Below, piece by piece: positions 1 through 15,400 of a stretch of DNA of 64,000 bases. The stretch lies in assembly GCA_039621445.1 (NCBI GenBank), contig CP154954.1, positions 37,371,703-37,435,702 of the forward strand, read 5' to 3'. Both the position numbers and the translations under genes were made by a program. The notes under the pieces are model-generated. The model made no database searches. It saw nothing but the letters and a program-made list of their open reading frames with translations, and had not been told where the DNA came from. Position 1 is the stretch's first letter. Every line of letters begins with the position of its first letter. Source of the DNA: Euglena gracilis. Its lineage: Eukaryota.

Positions 1-499
1 TGGCGGAGGGCAGGGCACGGTGGGGTCGGGCCTCGCCCCTCCATCCCTGGGTGGGGCAGCACCGGCCAGCGCGGCTTTCCTGGTTTCCTCTCATTTGCCT
101 CTTTGATTTGAATCTGAATTTCTTTCTGAAAATTTCTGAAAATTCTGCTTTTGAATTTGAATGATTTGAATCTGCATTTTTGCATTTTTTAATTTGAATG
201 ACTGCTGGACTGAAAGCCAGAGCCTCCCTCCCCAAACGTGCCCCAGAAAAGGCGCAGACCAGGAGTAGCCATGTTCCCACCCGTATGTGTTTCATTTCGG
301 CTTTTCGGCTTTTATTGCCGTTTTTCTCACTTTTGGCTGGCAAAACGGCTTTTTCGCCGTTTTCCCAACAGCGAAACGGCTTTTTTGCCGTTTTGCTGAC
401 GGCTTAACGGCTTTTTCGCCGTTTTGCCGAAAAGCCGTTTTGAAACAGAAGGGCTTCTGATGGGTGGGAACACAGACCAGGGTAATGGGGTCCCACCGC

Positions 500-3400
500 C
501 CTCCCTCCCCTGCCCCCTCCGCCCCACCGTGGGCGGGTCACTCCGTCCTCTCTCTTCCCCAGCCCTGGGCGCCTCCACCCCCGGGGCCCACGGCTCCAGC
601 ACCGCGTCGCTGTAGTCCACCGCCTCCCCGCCGGACCCGCCGCGGCCCGCTGGCCGCCGCTCGCTGCCCGCCGGGGGGCGCAGCCGGGCGTCGGCGACCC
701 CAGGCTCTGGGTCGAGGCCACCCCGCCGACGGGCCCGATGGGGTTGTGCCGGGGGTGAGCTTCTCCGACGTCCATAGCACCCTGAACGCCTATGGCACCC
801 TGAGCCCCCCTCCTCCTGGGAAGGCGAGGCTCTCAGAATCACTGACAAGTCAGCGAGTGAAAAGCCCATCTGAAAACCCCAGAACAGAACAAGTCAGCGG
901 AACCGCCGGAAGGCTGAAGGAAAGACTGAGGGGGGGGGGGGCAATCAACTGGAACCCTGGACTCTGATTGTGGCACTGAATAAGCTCACAAATAAAGCCC
1001 AAAAAGGCAGCACCTCGAAATGACACTGCACAGCCTGCCCCTTAGCACTTCGTGGACCCCTCGACACCGCGCCAATGATTGGTTGGCCCGAGATAAATCT
1101 TTGTGAATCGAAGAACACATCCACCAACACCATTTTAAAAATCACCCACTCCCTCCAAAGGGAAAACCTTCACATTATTGACAAGAATGCGATGGGGTGG
1201 TTGGAGTTGTCCTCCCGAAGCCCAGCAGTGCTCCCTCCCAGATCCACCATGCTGAAGTTCGGCCGGTCGTCTCTGCTTTGACCACTGGCGCACTTCACAC
1301 GGCGCACACTTCACACAGTGGCAAGCGACGGAGGAAGGCGAAGTCAGTGATGGCATTGCCCGAAATACACGTCCAGACAACAGGAGAGGGGAAGTGTTTC
1401 CATGGTTCCCAAAGTGGGGGACAAACATGGAAATGCAACGGTGTTTTGGTCTCACGTCTGCTGCGAAAAGATAATGGGCAACAGGGGTGGGGGGATGATT
1501 GTCCATTCAAATTGTGACTGCCTGGAAAAGACGGACAAATTAAAAGACAAACAAAAAAATCAGAGATAAAAAAAAAGCGATGAAAATAATGAGATCACAA
1601 AAAGTGATGAAGTGCATTTGTGCTTCAGGATTTGTTGACCACCTGGAGAGGGCTGGACTGAAGTTTTTTGTGCAAAAATGGGCCGGCTTTTTCGGGGTTC
1701 AACAGGTCCACAGCAAAGCCTCCTGAAAAAGAAAGTTTTTTTTCGGGCTTTTCTCGTCTTGCTGAGTTTCCTGCTTAAAAATTGCGACCATTCCAGGATT
1801 TTCTTCCCTCCCGGAAGACACCCCACCAGGGGAGATTCCAGCTGGTGGGTGTGCGGCCGCATCCAGTGGAACCGCAGGCTGACTGACCCAGCCAGGGAGG
1901 GGGTGGGCTGGATGGTGTGTCCGCTGGGAATGCAACCGCCTGGCTGGCTGGCGGCGGCATCCGGCTGGGGGGAAGGGTGCCAGTGGCCGGGCAGCGGCCG
2001 GGCGGCGCCGAGCAGGGCCTCCTGGCCGGGCGCTAGCCGGTGGGCGGGGCGGTCGGGGCGGGAGGGTGGTCCCGCCCCGGCGCCGTCGTCGGCGCTGACG
2101 GGCACCGTGGCAGCCGTCGCCCGGGAGGACGTGCCGCCAGGGCGGGGGGCCGTACCCCCTCCTCGCCCTCCCCCCGGCCACCGTCGGAAGCCCCAGGACG
2201 GGGGGGACCACGGCGCCAGGGCTGCCCGGGACCCGCCGCCCTGGGTGCTCTCCTGGCGCTCTCGGTCGCCCCCGGCGAGGGGGCAGTCCCGCCCAGCGTG
2301 CCGGCGGGCCGCGCTGTGGCTGCCGGCCTGGCGTGGGCCCGGCGTGGGCTGGCGCTGGCCGCAGGCGGGGCCAGCGCCGAGGGCTGATGGCCCCCATTCC
2401 CTCAATCTCTCCTATCAGTGGCAGGGCTTGGGGGGGGGGGGGGGGGGGGACGAGGGAGAAACAAACAAAGACAAACGGGTGCAGCGGGAAAAAAACCAAA
2501 GCACGGAAAGCATGGGGTCCCCATCAAAGTGCAGCCACCTTCCACCACGGCTGACGCCCAAGGTCCCGAAGTGCCTGTTCTCGGTGTTAATGTTAATTAT
2601 GACTGTCTCTGATGTCAAAGGCCCTATTATATGTTTTCCTCTGAGCAGTTTTGTATTTTCAAAGGTATGTATTCCCCTCATATGGTGCACAGCTTTGCAT
2701 TTTTATTCAAACACATCAATGCGGTTTCAGGAATTTTTCATTTATTTTTCATATTTAACTTCGTCTGTGATTGTCATGAAAGAATTGTGAATAAATGCCA
2801 AATTTGAAAATTATAGGCAGATGTACAAAAAAAATGGGATAACGCCGAAATACTGTCTCCCTAAAATGAATACCTGCTGGCTCGGGTCTTCTGTTCCACC
2901 GCCACCGTCCCACTCTTGAAAGAAAATCAAAGAAAAGAAATTAAGGACGTCCGATGAGAATGTCCGATTATGAGGTCCGATGTCTAAATGATGCACACCC
3001 CAGATAAAAATATTGGGGTACACTTTTTGTGAAATGCTCCGGAAAACCGGTAAGAAAATTCGAAAATCTGGACGAAAAATGCACACAAATGCACATCCTG
3101 GAAAATATCAAAGAAAATTGCTCAACAAATCGCCCGTTTGGGGACACGCCTGTTCGCTTCCGCGATGGTTTCGAGCCGGTGCGGTGGGCCCGGGCGGGGA
3201 CCGCCACCGTCCCCGGCGCGACCCTCGCCGCCGCCGCCGCCGCCGTGTGGGTGCCGGCCGCCACCGCCCGCAGCCCAGGGCGGCTGCCTCTGCCAAACCC
3301 TCCTGTCCTTCCCCAGAGCGGTGGCTTTCCCCGGGCTCAACAGGTGGCCAACGGGTCTGGCCGCCCAGCGCCCCGCAACAACCCGGCCCCACAATTGGGC

Positions 3401-6400
3401 CTTCGGGGCGGTGAGGGGAGACGCAGGCACCCTGCCGGAGCCCGCGGCCCGTCTCGCCCCTTCTTGGTCCCTCGCTTGATCTTCGGCGGTCGCCCCCCAG
3501 CCCCGTCGCGGCGGCGCACACCCCCGGCTCAGGCCTCAAGGGGAAAACATGCAACAAGGCCCCTCAAAATATGCAATGCAACAAATGCAAAAGAAATGCG
3601 TTGCATGCAGTCGCTCCTTAGGAGCTGCTGTACACTTTCCTGGAGAGGACTTAGAATTTTCATCTCCTCCCGGGAATGTTTTCCAACATTATTTGCTGCG
3701 CAACACGGTGCACAGCATATGCATCTATAATTTGCATTTGCTACATCAGAGCTCGGTAGGGGATTGCCGCAGCAGCAAGGGGAGGATGGGAAGGCTGGGG
3801 GGTCTGCCAGTGACTAAGTCATTGTGTGGGCAGGGCAGGGCACAGCCCGAGACCCCCACCCTCAGCAGGGGTGGACGCCGGCGGCGATTGGTGGGTGCCG
3901 CGCGGCCCGGGTCGCATCCGCAGAGCCACCGGCCTCGCCGCCAACAGCACGCCTGGGCTGGGGAAGGGCCACGACAGCATTCCCCAACCCATCTCCTGAA
4001 GCTGTGCATCCGTCCGCCGGGAGCATCTCTCCCGTGGAAAAGAGCAACGACACCTCGCACGGCACCAAATGCATGGGGCTCAAATGGGGTGGGCAGCTTG
4101 ACTGTGGGGGTGGGCACGTCGTTGGCCGGGCACACTGGGCACCGGAGGCCGACTGGTGGAGGGCGGGGGGGGGGGCAGCCCAGGCGTGGGAGGTTCCCGG
4201 GAAGAGGGCGGGCCGCAGAGGGATGAGCAGTGCCACCGGCACCGGGGCGGAGCTGCCGAGCGGGCTGGCGGGGACCGACTCTGCAGCGCAAGGCGAAGCG
4301 CGTTGGATTCTGGTTTCAAAAACAGGCACTTCACAGCATCCGACTTGTCGCCTGACAAACGCCGAGGACATTTCCGGCCACTGGCACTGAGCGGGATGTC
4401 CTGCACGATAAAAAGGTCGGAAGTCATTAATTTGACCAAAGAGATGCAGTGCAAACAATTCAAAAGGGGGGACAAGAGCAGTCAGGGAATACCTGGAGAC
4501 CCTTCCTGGAGGCTGGGAAACGTTGCTCCAACGTCAGCCCCGAGATGCACTGTCAGCGATGAAAACCGGTGCCTCGGCGCCATGTGCAGCAATGGGTCAT
4601 CCAACACTTCACCAAAAATTGGGCGCTTGAGTCGATCGTTTTCAGTGTCAAATTTTAGTGTCAAATACTATTGATTCATTTTTGATGGAACACCACTTTT
4701 GTCTCGTTGCTCAACAGGCACATTGTCAATAACCCTCGGGGAAAGTCCTTTGTGCTTCGACCGGCAAGCACGCACGCACGGACGCGTACGCACACCCACG
4801 TACGCGCACACACACACTTGAACACGCACACACAGACACATGAGGGTTGTTTGGGTCCCACCTTGGTCCAAACCAGTTGAAAAAATGGTCGGGGGGAGCG
4901 GGGTGGTGCGTTGTACATGTCAACACAGCAACGCCTCCCCTCCAACGCTCTCACAGCAACGCCCTCGGTTGCTTATTCAGGGCATCCCAGCTTCCGTCCA
5001 GCGTCACGCCAGGGCTGGAGTGGGTGCGGCGCCCCCTCTGTGGCACCGTCACCCCCGGCTGTGAAGGGGGTGGGGGGAAGGGCAGGACCACAGCCTGGCA
5101 GGGTTGCCCTCCCCCTGAGCTGCCATGGCGTGAAGGCGACCGTGTCGAAAGGCTCACCTTGGTGGGTCCCATGGGGGCGTCCCAGGAACCGCTGTTGGTC
5201 GGGAGGAGCAGCTACACAGGGGTGGGGGTCAATGGCATGGCTGCAAAAATGGACCCCGGCTGCAAGGGGAAAAGAACCAGAAATGAATTAGGAACACCTG
5301 GTGGGTGGAAATGTGTAGAGCTCCCGTTCGACGAATGGTGAAGAAGGTGCGTGGCATCCGGGTCAGCCGTTCTGGCACCGTCGGACCCCGCTGGAAGCGT
5401 TTGGCACGGCTGCTGGCGGGGAAATCAGCCAGATTGCCCTCTTGGAGGGGACGTGGAAGAGGACAGGGGAAGGGTGTGAAAACCCAAAGAAAACATGTGT
5501 TGTGTTTCTGAGTTGGTTCGAGATTGTGTTTTGTGTGTTTTTTCAAGTACCAAAAGAATAAAGAAGAAACAAGATCGTTCCGTTGAGCTTTGACTGTCAC
5601 TTGCTGCATTTGGCCATCGCTCCACTGGAAATGACAGAAGAACAACACCATTGCTGTTCAAGGAACCCGAAACGTCGCGCGACGGCAGACCCCATGGGAC
5701 TCGAAACGGCAACGCTTCTGCAGCCTTTGCCTTGCGAAAAACCGGTTGGAGTGACCGACCACTGCCGTGCCACCCCCAGGCCCTCCCCGGGCCATGGTCA
5801 GGGGGCTTCCCACTGCGCTGACTGCCCCGGTCCAGTGTGGGCGGCGGTAGGACCGGGGGGCCCCCGCCGGTTGGCCGCACTCCCGCCTGCCGGAGGGCGC
5901 GAGTGCACGAGAAAAACGCAGAGACGTTCGGGCACCGCACCGAAGGGTGCAATGGGGGGGCATGCATGTGCAAAATCTTGTTCCGGCGCAGGAAAAGACT
6001 GCGGGACTTCTGTGTCTCAGAGTTGAGAGGGAGAAGGGGCCTCATGGGACGCCTTCTGAAAAGGGAAATTATTTCAACTTGTCATTCTGTTGCCTGGGAG
6101 CCGCTTAGCAAACCTCCCTCCCAAAATGAGACCCCCCCCCAAAAAACATCCCCTGCCGATTTTCAGAAGAAATCCAAAAACCAGGCTCCATGGGGCGATG
6201 GGCCTTCAGGACTTTGGGGGGGATCAATGTCAAAAAGGATAGACCCCCCACCCTAGAACTGTGAAAATGTCCCAAAAAAGGCTGATATTCTGTTTTATTG
6301 TCACGCATTTTGAAATCGAAATTGGCATCCTTGAGACAACTTTGGATTATTGACAAACAGATTGTTGCTGACCCCATTGTGGGCTCCCCTTCCTGGCTTT

Positions 6401-9400
6401 TTTGGCAAAAATGTTGGCCATCCTGGGCTAGTTTGAGCCAATAAGTGCAAGCACATATGGCAATGAAGCATTTCGGGTCATTTGTGTAATTTAGGACACT
6501 TTTTCCGCCACCTCTGGTCAGTCATTCTGGGCCAATTAAGGCTGGTTTCAGGGCTTTTGAAACTTAATGTTCAGGGTTCTGTTATTCCGCCTCGGAGTTG
6601 AATGATCCCCCCACCCCACTTGGAATCTCTCTATCCTTGACAACCCCCCCCCACAAAACCTCCCTCTTCCCCAAGACGAACCATCAAACCTCGACTGGTG
6701 ACCCCCCAGAGCGAAACAGAAGCATGAAGAACTTAATGAGAAATGAAAAATGATCCACCAAAAAACCACTTCTCCATAGCAACAACAGGGAGGTTCAGGC
6801 TTTTGCTTAAGGTCCTGGTAGCCAGTCCTGGGTAGCTATTCTATTAGCCACTAGGAAAGGCCATCCGTTCTCATTATTTGACCCTCCCTGGTCCAGGGGG
6901 GGGGGTCCCCAGACTGGAAAATTTTTCCTCTGGCGCTGCGCGCCGAGGTGGTAATGGGGTTCTAAAAATGTCTTTTAGGGCGATTCTGTTCCCAAAAAAA
7001 ACCCAAAAAATGTCAAAAAATGGGCGTGCGTGCGTGCGCGCGCGTGTGTGTGTGCGTGCACGCGCAAACTGTGTTGTTACAGAATGCTAACCCCCCCCCC
7101 AAATAATACCCCCCCGGGGTATTATTTTTTTGCCCGAAGTCCCGGCCCGAGGGGGGTATTATTTGGGGGGGTATTATTTTCCAAAAATTTTCGAAATTTT
7201 TTGAAGTTCCGTAGGAGCCAAAATAAACCCCCCCCAAATAATACCCCCCCCAAATAATACCCCCCCCAAATAATACCCCCCCCCTTGGGGTCCGACTTCG
7301 GCCGCCGAAATAATACCCCCCCCCCTGGTTTCGGGCCGAAGGCCCGGATTTTTGACCTGAAAATGTAGGTAAAAATCACAATTTCTGACAACAAATTATG
7401 GAAAAAATGGATTTTTCTGGCTCATCTGACCTCCAAAAATGGTAAATTTCACAAGAAGGTGCAAAAAATGACCCCAAAGGGCGGTTTTGGGTGCTATTTT
7501 GGGTTTTACGGGACTTCGGAAAATTTCGAAAATTTTGGAAAAATAATACCCCCCCCAAATAATACCCCCCCCCCTCGGGCCGGGACTTCGGGCGAAAAAA
7601 TAATACCCCGGGGGGGGGTATTATTTGGGGGGGGTTAGCACCAAAACCCCGCTTTGGGGTCATTTTTTTGTACTCTCTTATGAAATTTAGCCTTTTTTGG
7701 AGGTCAGATGATCCAGAAAAATCGAATTTGTTGTCAGAGATTGTAATTTTTACCTACATTTTCAGGTCAAAATCCGGGCCTTCGGCCCCAAACCGGGGGG
7801 GGGGGGTATTATTTTTTAGTCTTAAGTCCCGGTCCGAGGGGGGGGGTTATTTGGGGGGGGGGTATTATTTGGGGGGGGGTATATTTTGGGTTTAACTTGA
7901 TCATGTGTATCTTTTTGCATGTTTCATGCTGGACCTTTTTTGCATTTTATTCATTTTTGTCAATTGAGCTATAAGTGAATGTCACTTTTTTTTGTGCTTT
8001 ATTTCTTCCCTCTTGCTTTCCCCCCAGAAATGATTCTCAAATTATCTTTTCTTGTCCTTTCAAATTTTGTCTGTTCTGTCCAGCATCTTCCCTTCTTTTT
8101 GCTGGAGGGGGGTTCAAGGATTCGGGGTGGACATACATGGGTGGGGGATGACCAGTCAAGGTTACATGGCTTCTGCTCACAACCCCCTGGTCCAAATTCG
8201 GGGGCGCGAATGTTTTTTTTCTGGCCCCCAAAACATTCCAAAAATGCACACACATACGAACACACACACACACACATGCACGCACGCACATGCGCATGCA
8301 CACACATGCAAACATGTGTCAGCACACATGCACACACGCACACACGAAACACATGCACGAACATGTATGCACATGCACATGCACACACACATATGTGCAC
8401 ACACACCACTGCCCGCCTCTCTGCCGTCGCCCGGCTGCAGCACTCCACCATGGTTATCACTCCATTGAGGAACTCCCCCGTTGTCGACCGCACCGCCATT
8501 GCTGTCGCTGCCGCTGCCCCCCACCCCTGGCCAGGGCACCGGCGGCTGCCCAGGCCCGCCCGCTGGCACTGCCGCCACCGGCACGCCTCCCGCTGCCAGC
8601 AGCAGAGAGGGCCGGAGGGGGCGGGGTGGCCGCTGGGGGAAACGTTGGACCCCTCGCACCCAGGGACCACCACTGCCTCCCGCGAAAACTGCCCGCCCCT
8701 CCCTGGGCGCGGGTGCAGGCTGCGTCCCCAACGCCATGCCTGGCACACCTGTGGTGTCAGCAGCGGAAGAGAGGGGACGTGGCGATGCACGGTGAGGACC
8801 CAGAGGATGATTTCCCTCGTTTCTGGAGTTTGGCAAAATCAAAAACAAAAGGGGAAACAGTTTGGATAATTGCTTCAAAATAAGACCTCTATGTCCCTCC
8901 CCATTATTTGTTTGTTTCGCATCATTTTGGTCTGGGGTGCCTCCCCCAGCTGCAACGGCCCAAGAAGCCACACCTGTCGTCCCGGGCCATGGGCCACCGC
9001 CCATCACCGCCTCCACCTCCCCCTCCAGCACCGCCACCTCCCCCTCCTCCCCGTCGTCCTCCTCCTCCTCAGCCTCGGCCTCCTCCCTCTCCGCCTCGCC
9101 GGGGCCGGGCCTTACCCGGCCCCCCTGCCGCAGCCCCGCGCTGTGCGCCGGCAGGGGCGGCCCGTGGCGGCACGCCGTGAGGTTGGCCAGGCTGGGCCGG
9201 CTCCATGCATTTCTTTAAGCACCCAGGGGGGGGGGGTGTTGGGCTGGGGCTGGGAATTTGGGCTGGTGGCCGTCCCTCCCCCTTGGGAAGGGGGGGGGGC
9301 TGGACCATACAATTGCTTACCGCCCCCGGGGGGGGGGGGGAGGGGGGTCACTCCACTTTTTAAAAAACCAGTCAGTCACTCATTTTCAAAAAACCAGCCA

Positions 9401-12400
9401 GTCACTCCCCCCCCCGGGGGGGGGGGGGTCGGCCACTCAGAAAAACGGCCACTTTCCAGTCACTTTAGGCCCAAAAAATTTTTCCGGCGCCTTCGGTGCC
9501 GGGGTCACTCAAGCCACTTTTGCCCACTCCTGGCCGACCCCCCCCCGGGTCCGGGCCAAAAACCAGTCAGTCACTTTGAAAAAACCAGTCATCCACCCCC
9601 CGGGGGGGGGGGGGGGTTGGTCAGTGCTTAAGCAATTGTCTGGGCTGGACCCCGGATTTCCGACGCAAAGTGCCAGAAATTGGGGGGAGGGGATTTGAAA
9701 AAAAGCCCAAAAATTGCGCTGTTTTGAAAAAAAAATCGGCCAAAATATACGCCAAAAAATCCTCTTCTATTGCGGTTGGCGTCGGAAAAAAAATAATTTG
9801 ATCTGCTGGGGTCCCGAGCCGCAGGGGCGGTGCCCCGTTACTGGCACCATTTTTTTGACCTTCCCCCCTGCCCCGTTATTTGGGCACTACTTGCCATCAT
9901 CAAATGTTGGATCCGCCCCGATTTTTACTACTAAGGGACCCCCCCCCCCGGGGGATAACTGGTATGCCATACACACAGATATGCATGCATGTTTGTATAC
10001 ATATGTTCATGTATGTACTCGAGGCAGGCAAGAATTGTGGAATATTTTCGTCCTCACTAACCACCTGGACCAAAAAAACTGAGGGTGCCCCGTTATTGGA
10101 ACCATCTTTTTCGCCCCCCCCCCCCGCCCCGTTATTCGGGCACTGCCCACTCAAAGGGCACTGCCCCGTTATTTGGCCGTTATTTGGGGGCGGGTTACCG
10201 CAAAAATGGAATCCTGCCAAGGAGGTCACCTGGAGGAGGCTCCGCAGAGGCTCTGGGCTCCACCAAACCAGACTCCGGGGAGGCTCCCCAGAGACCCAGG
10301 CAACCAATTTTGTTGACAGATTCAGCTGCACACAGGAGCTTGAGAAATTGGCCCCTACGGGGGGCACCAGCCACCCCAAAGAGCCGCCCAACTAAAGTTA
10401 ATGCGCACGGAGGGACCCTGCTCGGCGCCTTCAGCGCCTCGCTCGGGTCCCCCCATGTTTTTAATCCTCGGTGGGCGGCTCTTTGGGTTTGCTGAGCACC
10501 CTGTAGTGGCCAGTCTTACAAAGCTGAGCGGGACAAGCTCAACTGTTTGCAGGAGAATCCTAACCCTAGACCTACTCCTTCAAATAACCTCAAAATTCCT
10601 TTTATGTGATCGTTGTTTACAGTTTGGTGAGGTGATGACTGAGTTGGTTACTTGGAGGAGGCTCCGGGGAGGCTCCCAACCAAAAGTGAGGATTCCAAAT
10701 TTTTGGGGCCCCCGGAAGGGGGTGGTCAGGATCTGCCCCCCGGGGTCTGACCCTCTGCTCAAAACCAACCATCACTCAATTATCCGGCTGGACAATTACC
10801 CAAAAATGGAATAAGCATCTGACAACCCTGAAAAGTGCCCCCCTCCCCAAAAAGCCATTTTTGGTCCGTTTCAAAACGTCGAAAATTTTTGGTTCTTTGC
10901 AACGAAAATTCCTCCCCAAAAAACCACTTTTTCGAAGGAAAAAAAACGGGTTCGTTGCAACGAAAATTTTCGGTGGACCCAGCAAAGAGGGGCCAGCTGG
11001 GTTAGCAACAACCCCCCTCCCCTCCGGGAGCAGCTGGGCTGGGCCGAAATCGGGGCTGGCTGCAGCAGCCCCCCCCACCCCCGGGGGGTCTGCAAACCCC
11101 TAAAGTGATGCATGGCCGGCTCCGCACCACGATGACGTCGTTGTCCGGGGGGACCTCCTCTGGCAGTCGCCCGGACGGCGTGGGCGTCCACTCTGCCGGC
11201 CCTGGCGCCCGCTCCCCCGCCGCCCTCCGGGGCCCTGGGGCAGAGACCAGGCGGTTCATTAAGACGGAAGGTCTTTGGACTGCCTTTGTTTGCTCACCAC
11301 TTGCCCAGGGTCAGTGGAACTGAAGTCACTGGAAAAGCCTGATGGGTCTAAACAGTAAACCCAAAAAATACGGTCAATGACATGAGTTACAAGGCGGGTA
11401 TTGGAGAATGAAATTCAACTGTGACAACAAGCTGCAAAACAAACAGAGAAGAATGTCAGGCTTCTTATTTACCAACCCTGGGGGGGAGGAGGGTGCCTTG
11501 TGCTTCGAGGTGCCTGTCCCACAGCAGGCACCCTCCCCCAAGGGGGGGCGGGTCAGTTTCTGCCACCAGTGCCTGCGGGCCCAGGCAAATTTCCCTTGAA
11601 AATGGACATTTTCAAGACTCGGTGCCTTTAGTGCCGGGGATGTGCTGTAGCACTGCCCACACCAAAACCCGACCCCCTGGGGGTCGGAAATGTCCTACCC
11701 ACCTGCCTGCCATAGCACCCAGCCCCCCCCGGGGGGGGGGGGGAGGGTGAAAACGAAGCCTGGAAGATAAAGAAAAACACAAAAAAGAAAACAGAAACAA
11801 TAGAATCAGAACGTCGAAGAAAGCACTCAGGGAGGGGAAATTGATACCAGAGGCCTTCAAAAAAAATGCGGGAAAATTGCGGAAAAATTGATATCAGGAA
11901 TGTACACATTTCTTCTGGAGGAGGCAAAGAAAAAATTTACAATTTTTTTCATTTTGCAACATTAGCGTATATTTTGAGCCGTGGTTCACACGTTTTAAAA
12001 CAAAAAAGCCCCAAAAACATGACTTTTGGAACGTAATCCAAAAAACATGATTTTGGGAACATACCGATTCCAAAAATATGGATTTTGCTGGGCAAAAAAA
12101 AACAACGAAAATGGCGAAAAAAGATAAAAAATTTGGTCTCAGCGAAAATCTGCTCTAGAATGAGGAAATTTTTCTGAGCCGAAATCCAAATAAACCCCAA
12201 AAACCACACAAAAACGCACAAATTCTGCCCAAATTAGCAAAATTTAGCAAAATTTTTTTTGCAAAAAAAAACTGCAAGAGAATAGCAAAAATTGCATTCC
12301 CTGGCGAACCATTCACAGAATGGCCAAAACTCACTTCAGCTTCCATTCAGACTCATGCAGAAAAAATGTGGAAAGGGGGAAAAAACTGCGGGAAAATTGC

Positions 12401-15400
12401 AGAATATTGCAGAAAATTAAGGAAAACTGCGGAAATTGTGAAAAAATTGCGAATATCAATTCCCCCCTGAAATATTACAGCACACACAAGCACACACACA
12501 CACACACACAGACAGACAACACACAAGCACACACACCACTCCCAGCCGGCCCCACAAGCGCACTGCTGTCAGCTGCCGCCCCCACACTGCCCTCCATGTC
12601 CCTCTGGTGAGCAGCTCCGCCGCCTTCTGCTCCGCCACCACCGTTATCGGCGCTGCCACCGCTGCCGACCCCCGGCACCACACCAGCCCCCGGCCGCTGC
12701 GACAGCGGTTGCCCGGCTCCACCGCCTGGCGGCGCTGCAGCCGGTTCCCAGCCCGCCTCCTCCCGCCGCTGACCGCAGGGAGGGCTGGGGGGGGGGGGGC
12801 TGGAGTGCAGAGTGCAGTGGTGGCAGAGGCCTCGCCGTGTGGCCAGGCGTTTGCCGTGGCAACCACAATGGGGCACTAGATGGTGTGGTGGGCTGTGTCC
12901 TTCCCATTGCACACACCCCAGTGAAGGTGGCCAAACCCAGGGGCAGCCATGCAAATTTGCCCCTCCCTTCTGTTACAGCAGTCTTATAGCTCGATGTATT
13001 TCAGGAAAAGTTCATGAAAAAGAACTGTTTCATTCACAGCTTCTCGTCACTTCAGGAATTAGGAATGGAAGCTCTTGCACGAACGGCGGCATCATTCATC
13101 GCACCACAACCAGGGTTTTTTTTAAGACCGGGGGGAGGGGGGGTCCCCCCGGGGGGGTCCCGGAGGACCCACAAAAAATGGATAAAAATCGCGAAAAATG
13201 CTAAAAAAAACACTTTTTCGGCGCCGAAAAGTATATCCCACCCCCCTCCGGGGGCAACCCCCCCGGGGGGGGGGGGCTCTGCTGGACCCGGGGTCCACGA
13301 CTAAAAAAAACCCCTGACCACAACACCATGGCGTTGTTTAACCCTGCTGGGGGGGGGCACAGCTGGGAGGCTAAATTTCTGAGCTACCTGGAAAAAGCTG
13401 TTGGCTGACCCCCCCAATCAGGGCACAAGGCGGAAACTGCTCGCACCGGGTCAACAAAGGATTTTTGTGACAATTACAATGCATGACTTCCAGAACCAGG
13501 GGGGGGGAAATTATGCGGTCTGGCAGGCGGGGGAAAAATGCGGAAATTATGCGGAAAAATGCGGAAAAATGCGGAAATTATGCGGAAATTATGCGGAAAA
13601 AAAATGCGGAAAATATGCGGAAAAATGCGGAAAATGCGGAAAACATGCCGAAATTCTGTGGAGTCCCAGGTCACATGGAGAGGATAGATATATTTCTACC
13701 TCACAATATGCAGGGTCCCGATGCTATTTGATTCCCATCGCTGATGCCCAAGCTTGCCAGAAGTCACCAAAATGCAATGGAAAAACAAAGCACAAATTAT
13801 GTATAAAACAGAGAGATGAAAAGACGAGCACTTGTGCTCCAACATATTGGGGAAACAATGAACCTTGTAGTTGACCTGAATCCGTCCCATTGCACACACC
13901 CCAAGTGAAGGTGCCCAAACCCAGGGGCAGCCATGGAAATTATGCGGAAAATGTGGAAATTATGCTAAAAAATGCAGTAATTATGCGGAAAAATGCGGAA
14001 AATGCGGAAAAAAAAAATGCGGAAAAATGCGGAAAAAAAATGCGGAAAATGTGGAAAAATGCGGTTCAAATGCGGAAAAATGCGGAAAAAATGCGGAAAA
14101 TTTACAAAAAATGCGGAAAAAAAATGCGGAAATGCTAAAAAAAAATGCGGAAAATATGCGGAAAAATGCGGAAAAATGCGGAATAATGCGGAATAATGCG
14201 GAAATGCGGAAAAATGCGGAATAATGCGGAATAATGCGGACCGCATAATTTCCCCCCCCCTGCCAGAACCCAAATAATGCAGTCAGGATGTGCAAACTTC
14301 CTTGAAAAGCAGCCTGACAAAAAACCTCTTGAAAACATAAGAACACCCCTCTCAGAGCAAAACAGAGCTAAATGATTGTGTGTGCCTGATGCCGGCTGCA
14401 ATTTTTGCTGCGGGAGAGTGGGAGTTTTGCCTTCCCTCTGCTGGGAGTTCTCTTCACTCCTGATATGTCAAAAGCCTTAATTTCAGATTGAGTAATTGCT
14501 GTTAGCTGAGGACCCAAAAACGGCCAGAATTATCAACTAAAATATAAAACCTTTCTGTTTGCCACTCATAATGTGTTCGAACCAAAATTGACGCTGTTTG
14601 CCAAAAGAAAAAGGGTGTAGACAATCAAATAAAAAAAATACACCACCCTTTGAAAAAAACCACCACCCGTTGTCATTTAAATGAAAATTTTCATACTTTC
14701 CACTGTGCTTTTTATTCCAGATAATCCAGAATATTCTGGATATTCCAGAAATTTCTATTCTGGTTTATTCCGGTTTAATCAGGACTGGAATATTGCCCAT
14801 GTTCAGGGGTCAAAAATGGTTTCAAATGCGCATGACGACATCATTCTTTCTGTTGCGGGGTGTCACAGAGTCTTTAGAATGGGGAGTAATGATGGACAAC
14901 TTGCCACCGAACTCAACTGGTAATTTGTGGCAATCCTCCTGTGTTCTTTACTGCCCTCATCAACCACCAGCAGCAGAGTTCTCTAACAGCCCATTTCTAC
15001 CTGGTTTATTTGTTTGCATGTAAATTTCCACTGCATTTTGTGACCAACTTCAAGAACCTCCACAACATACCACAAGGATTCAGAAAGCAAGCAAAGGGGT
15101 TACCTGTTACCTGTTACCCCATCTCCAGAACACCACCTGCCACTGGCAGGTGTCGCACAGGAAAAAGGAGGTGCAGGGACCGGGGCTTTCGTGCATTTTT
15201 GGTAAATTTCTCAATTTGGGGAGGTCAGTCCCGGGGGTTTCACAACTCAGCAACGTGCTCCGGAGGGTCAAAACATCAAACTTGCACAATGCCCCCCAGG
15301 GTGGTGTGCCACCACTGAAAAGTTGCAAGCATCAACAAATGGAGGGATATGGCATATCACAACCAGCTCAAAAACCTGGACCCCAACCATCAAAAACAAA

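Noticed and set aside
4570-4970. Nonconventional intron between CCGAGG direct repeats
   Set aside because: The stem register does not fit the +4..6/-8..-6 geometry, and conventional GC/GT-AG solutions exist.
13401-14401. ORFs with MRKNAEK / CGKM repeats
   Set aside because: Translations of the ATGCGGAAAA subterminal arrays of a TIR element.
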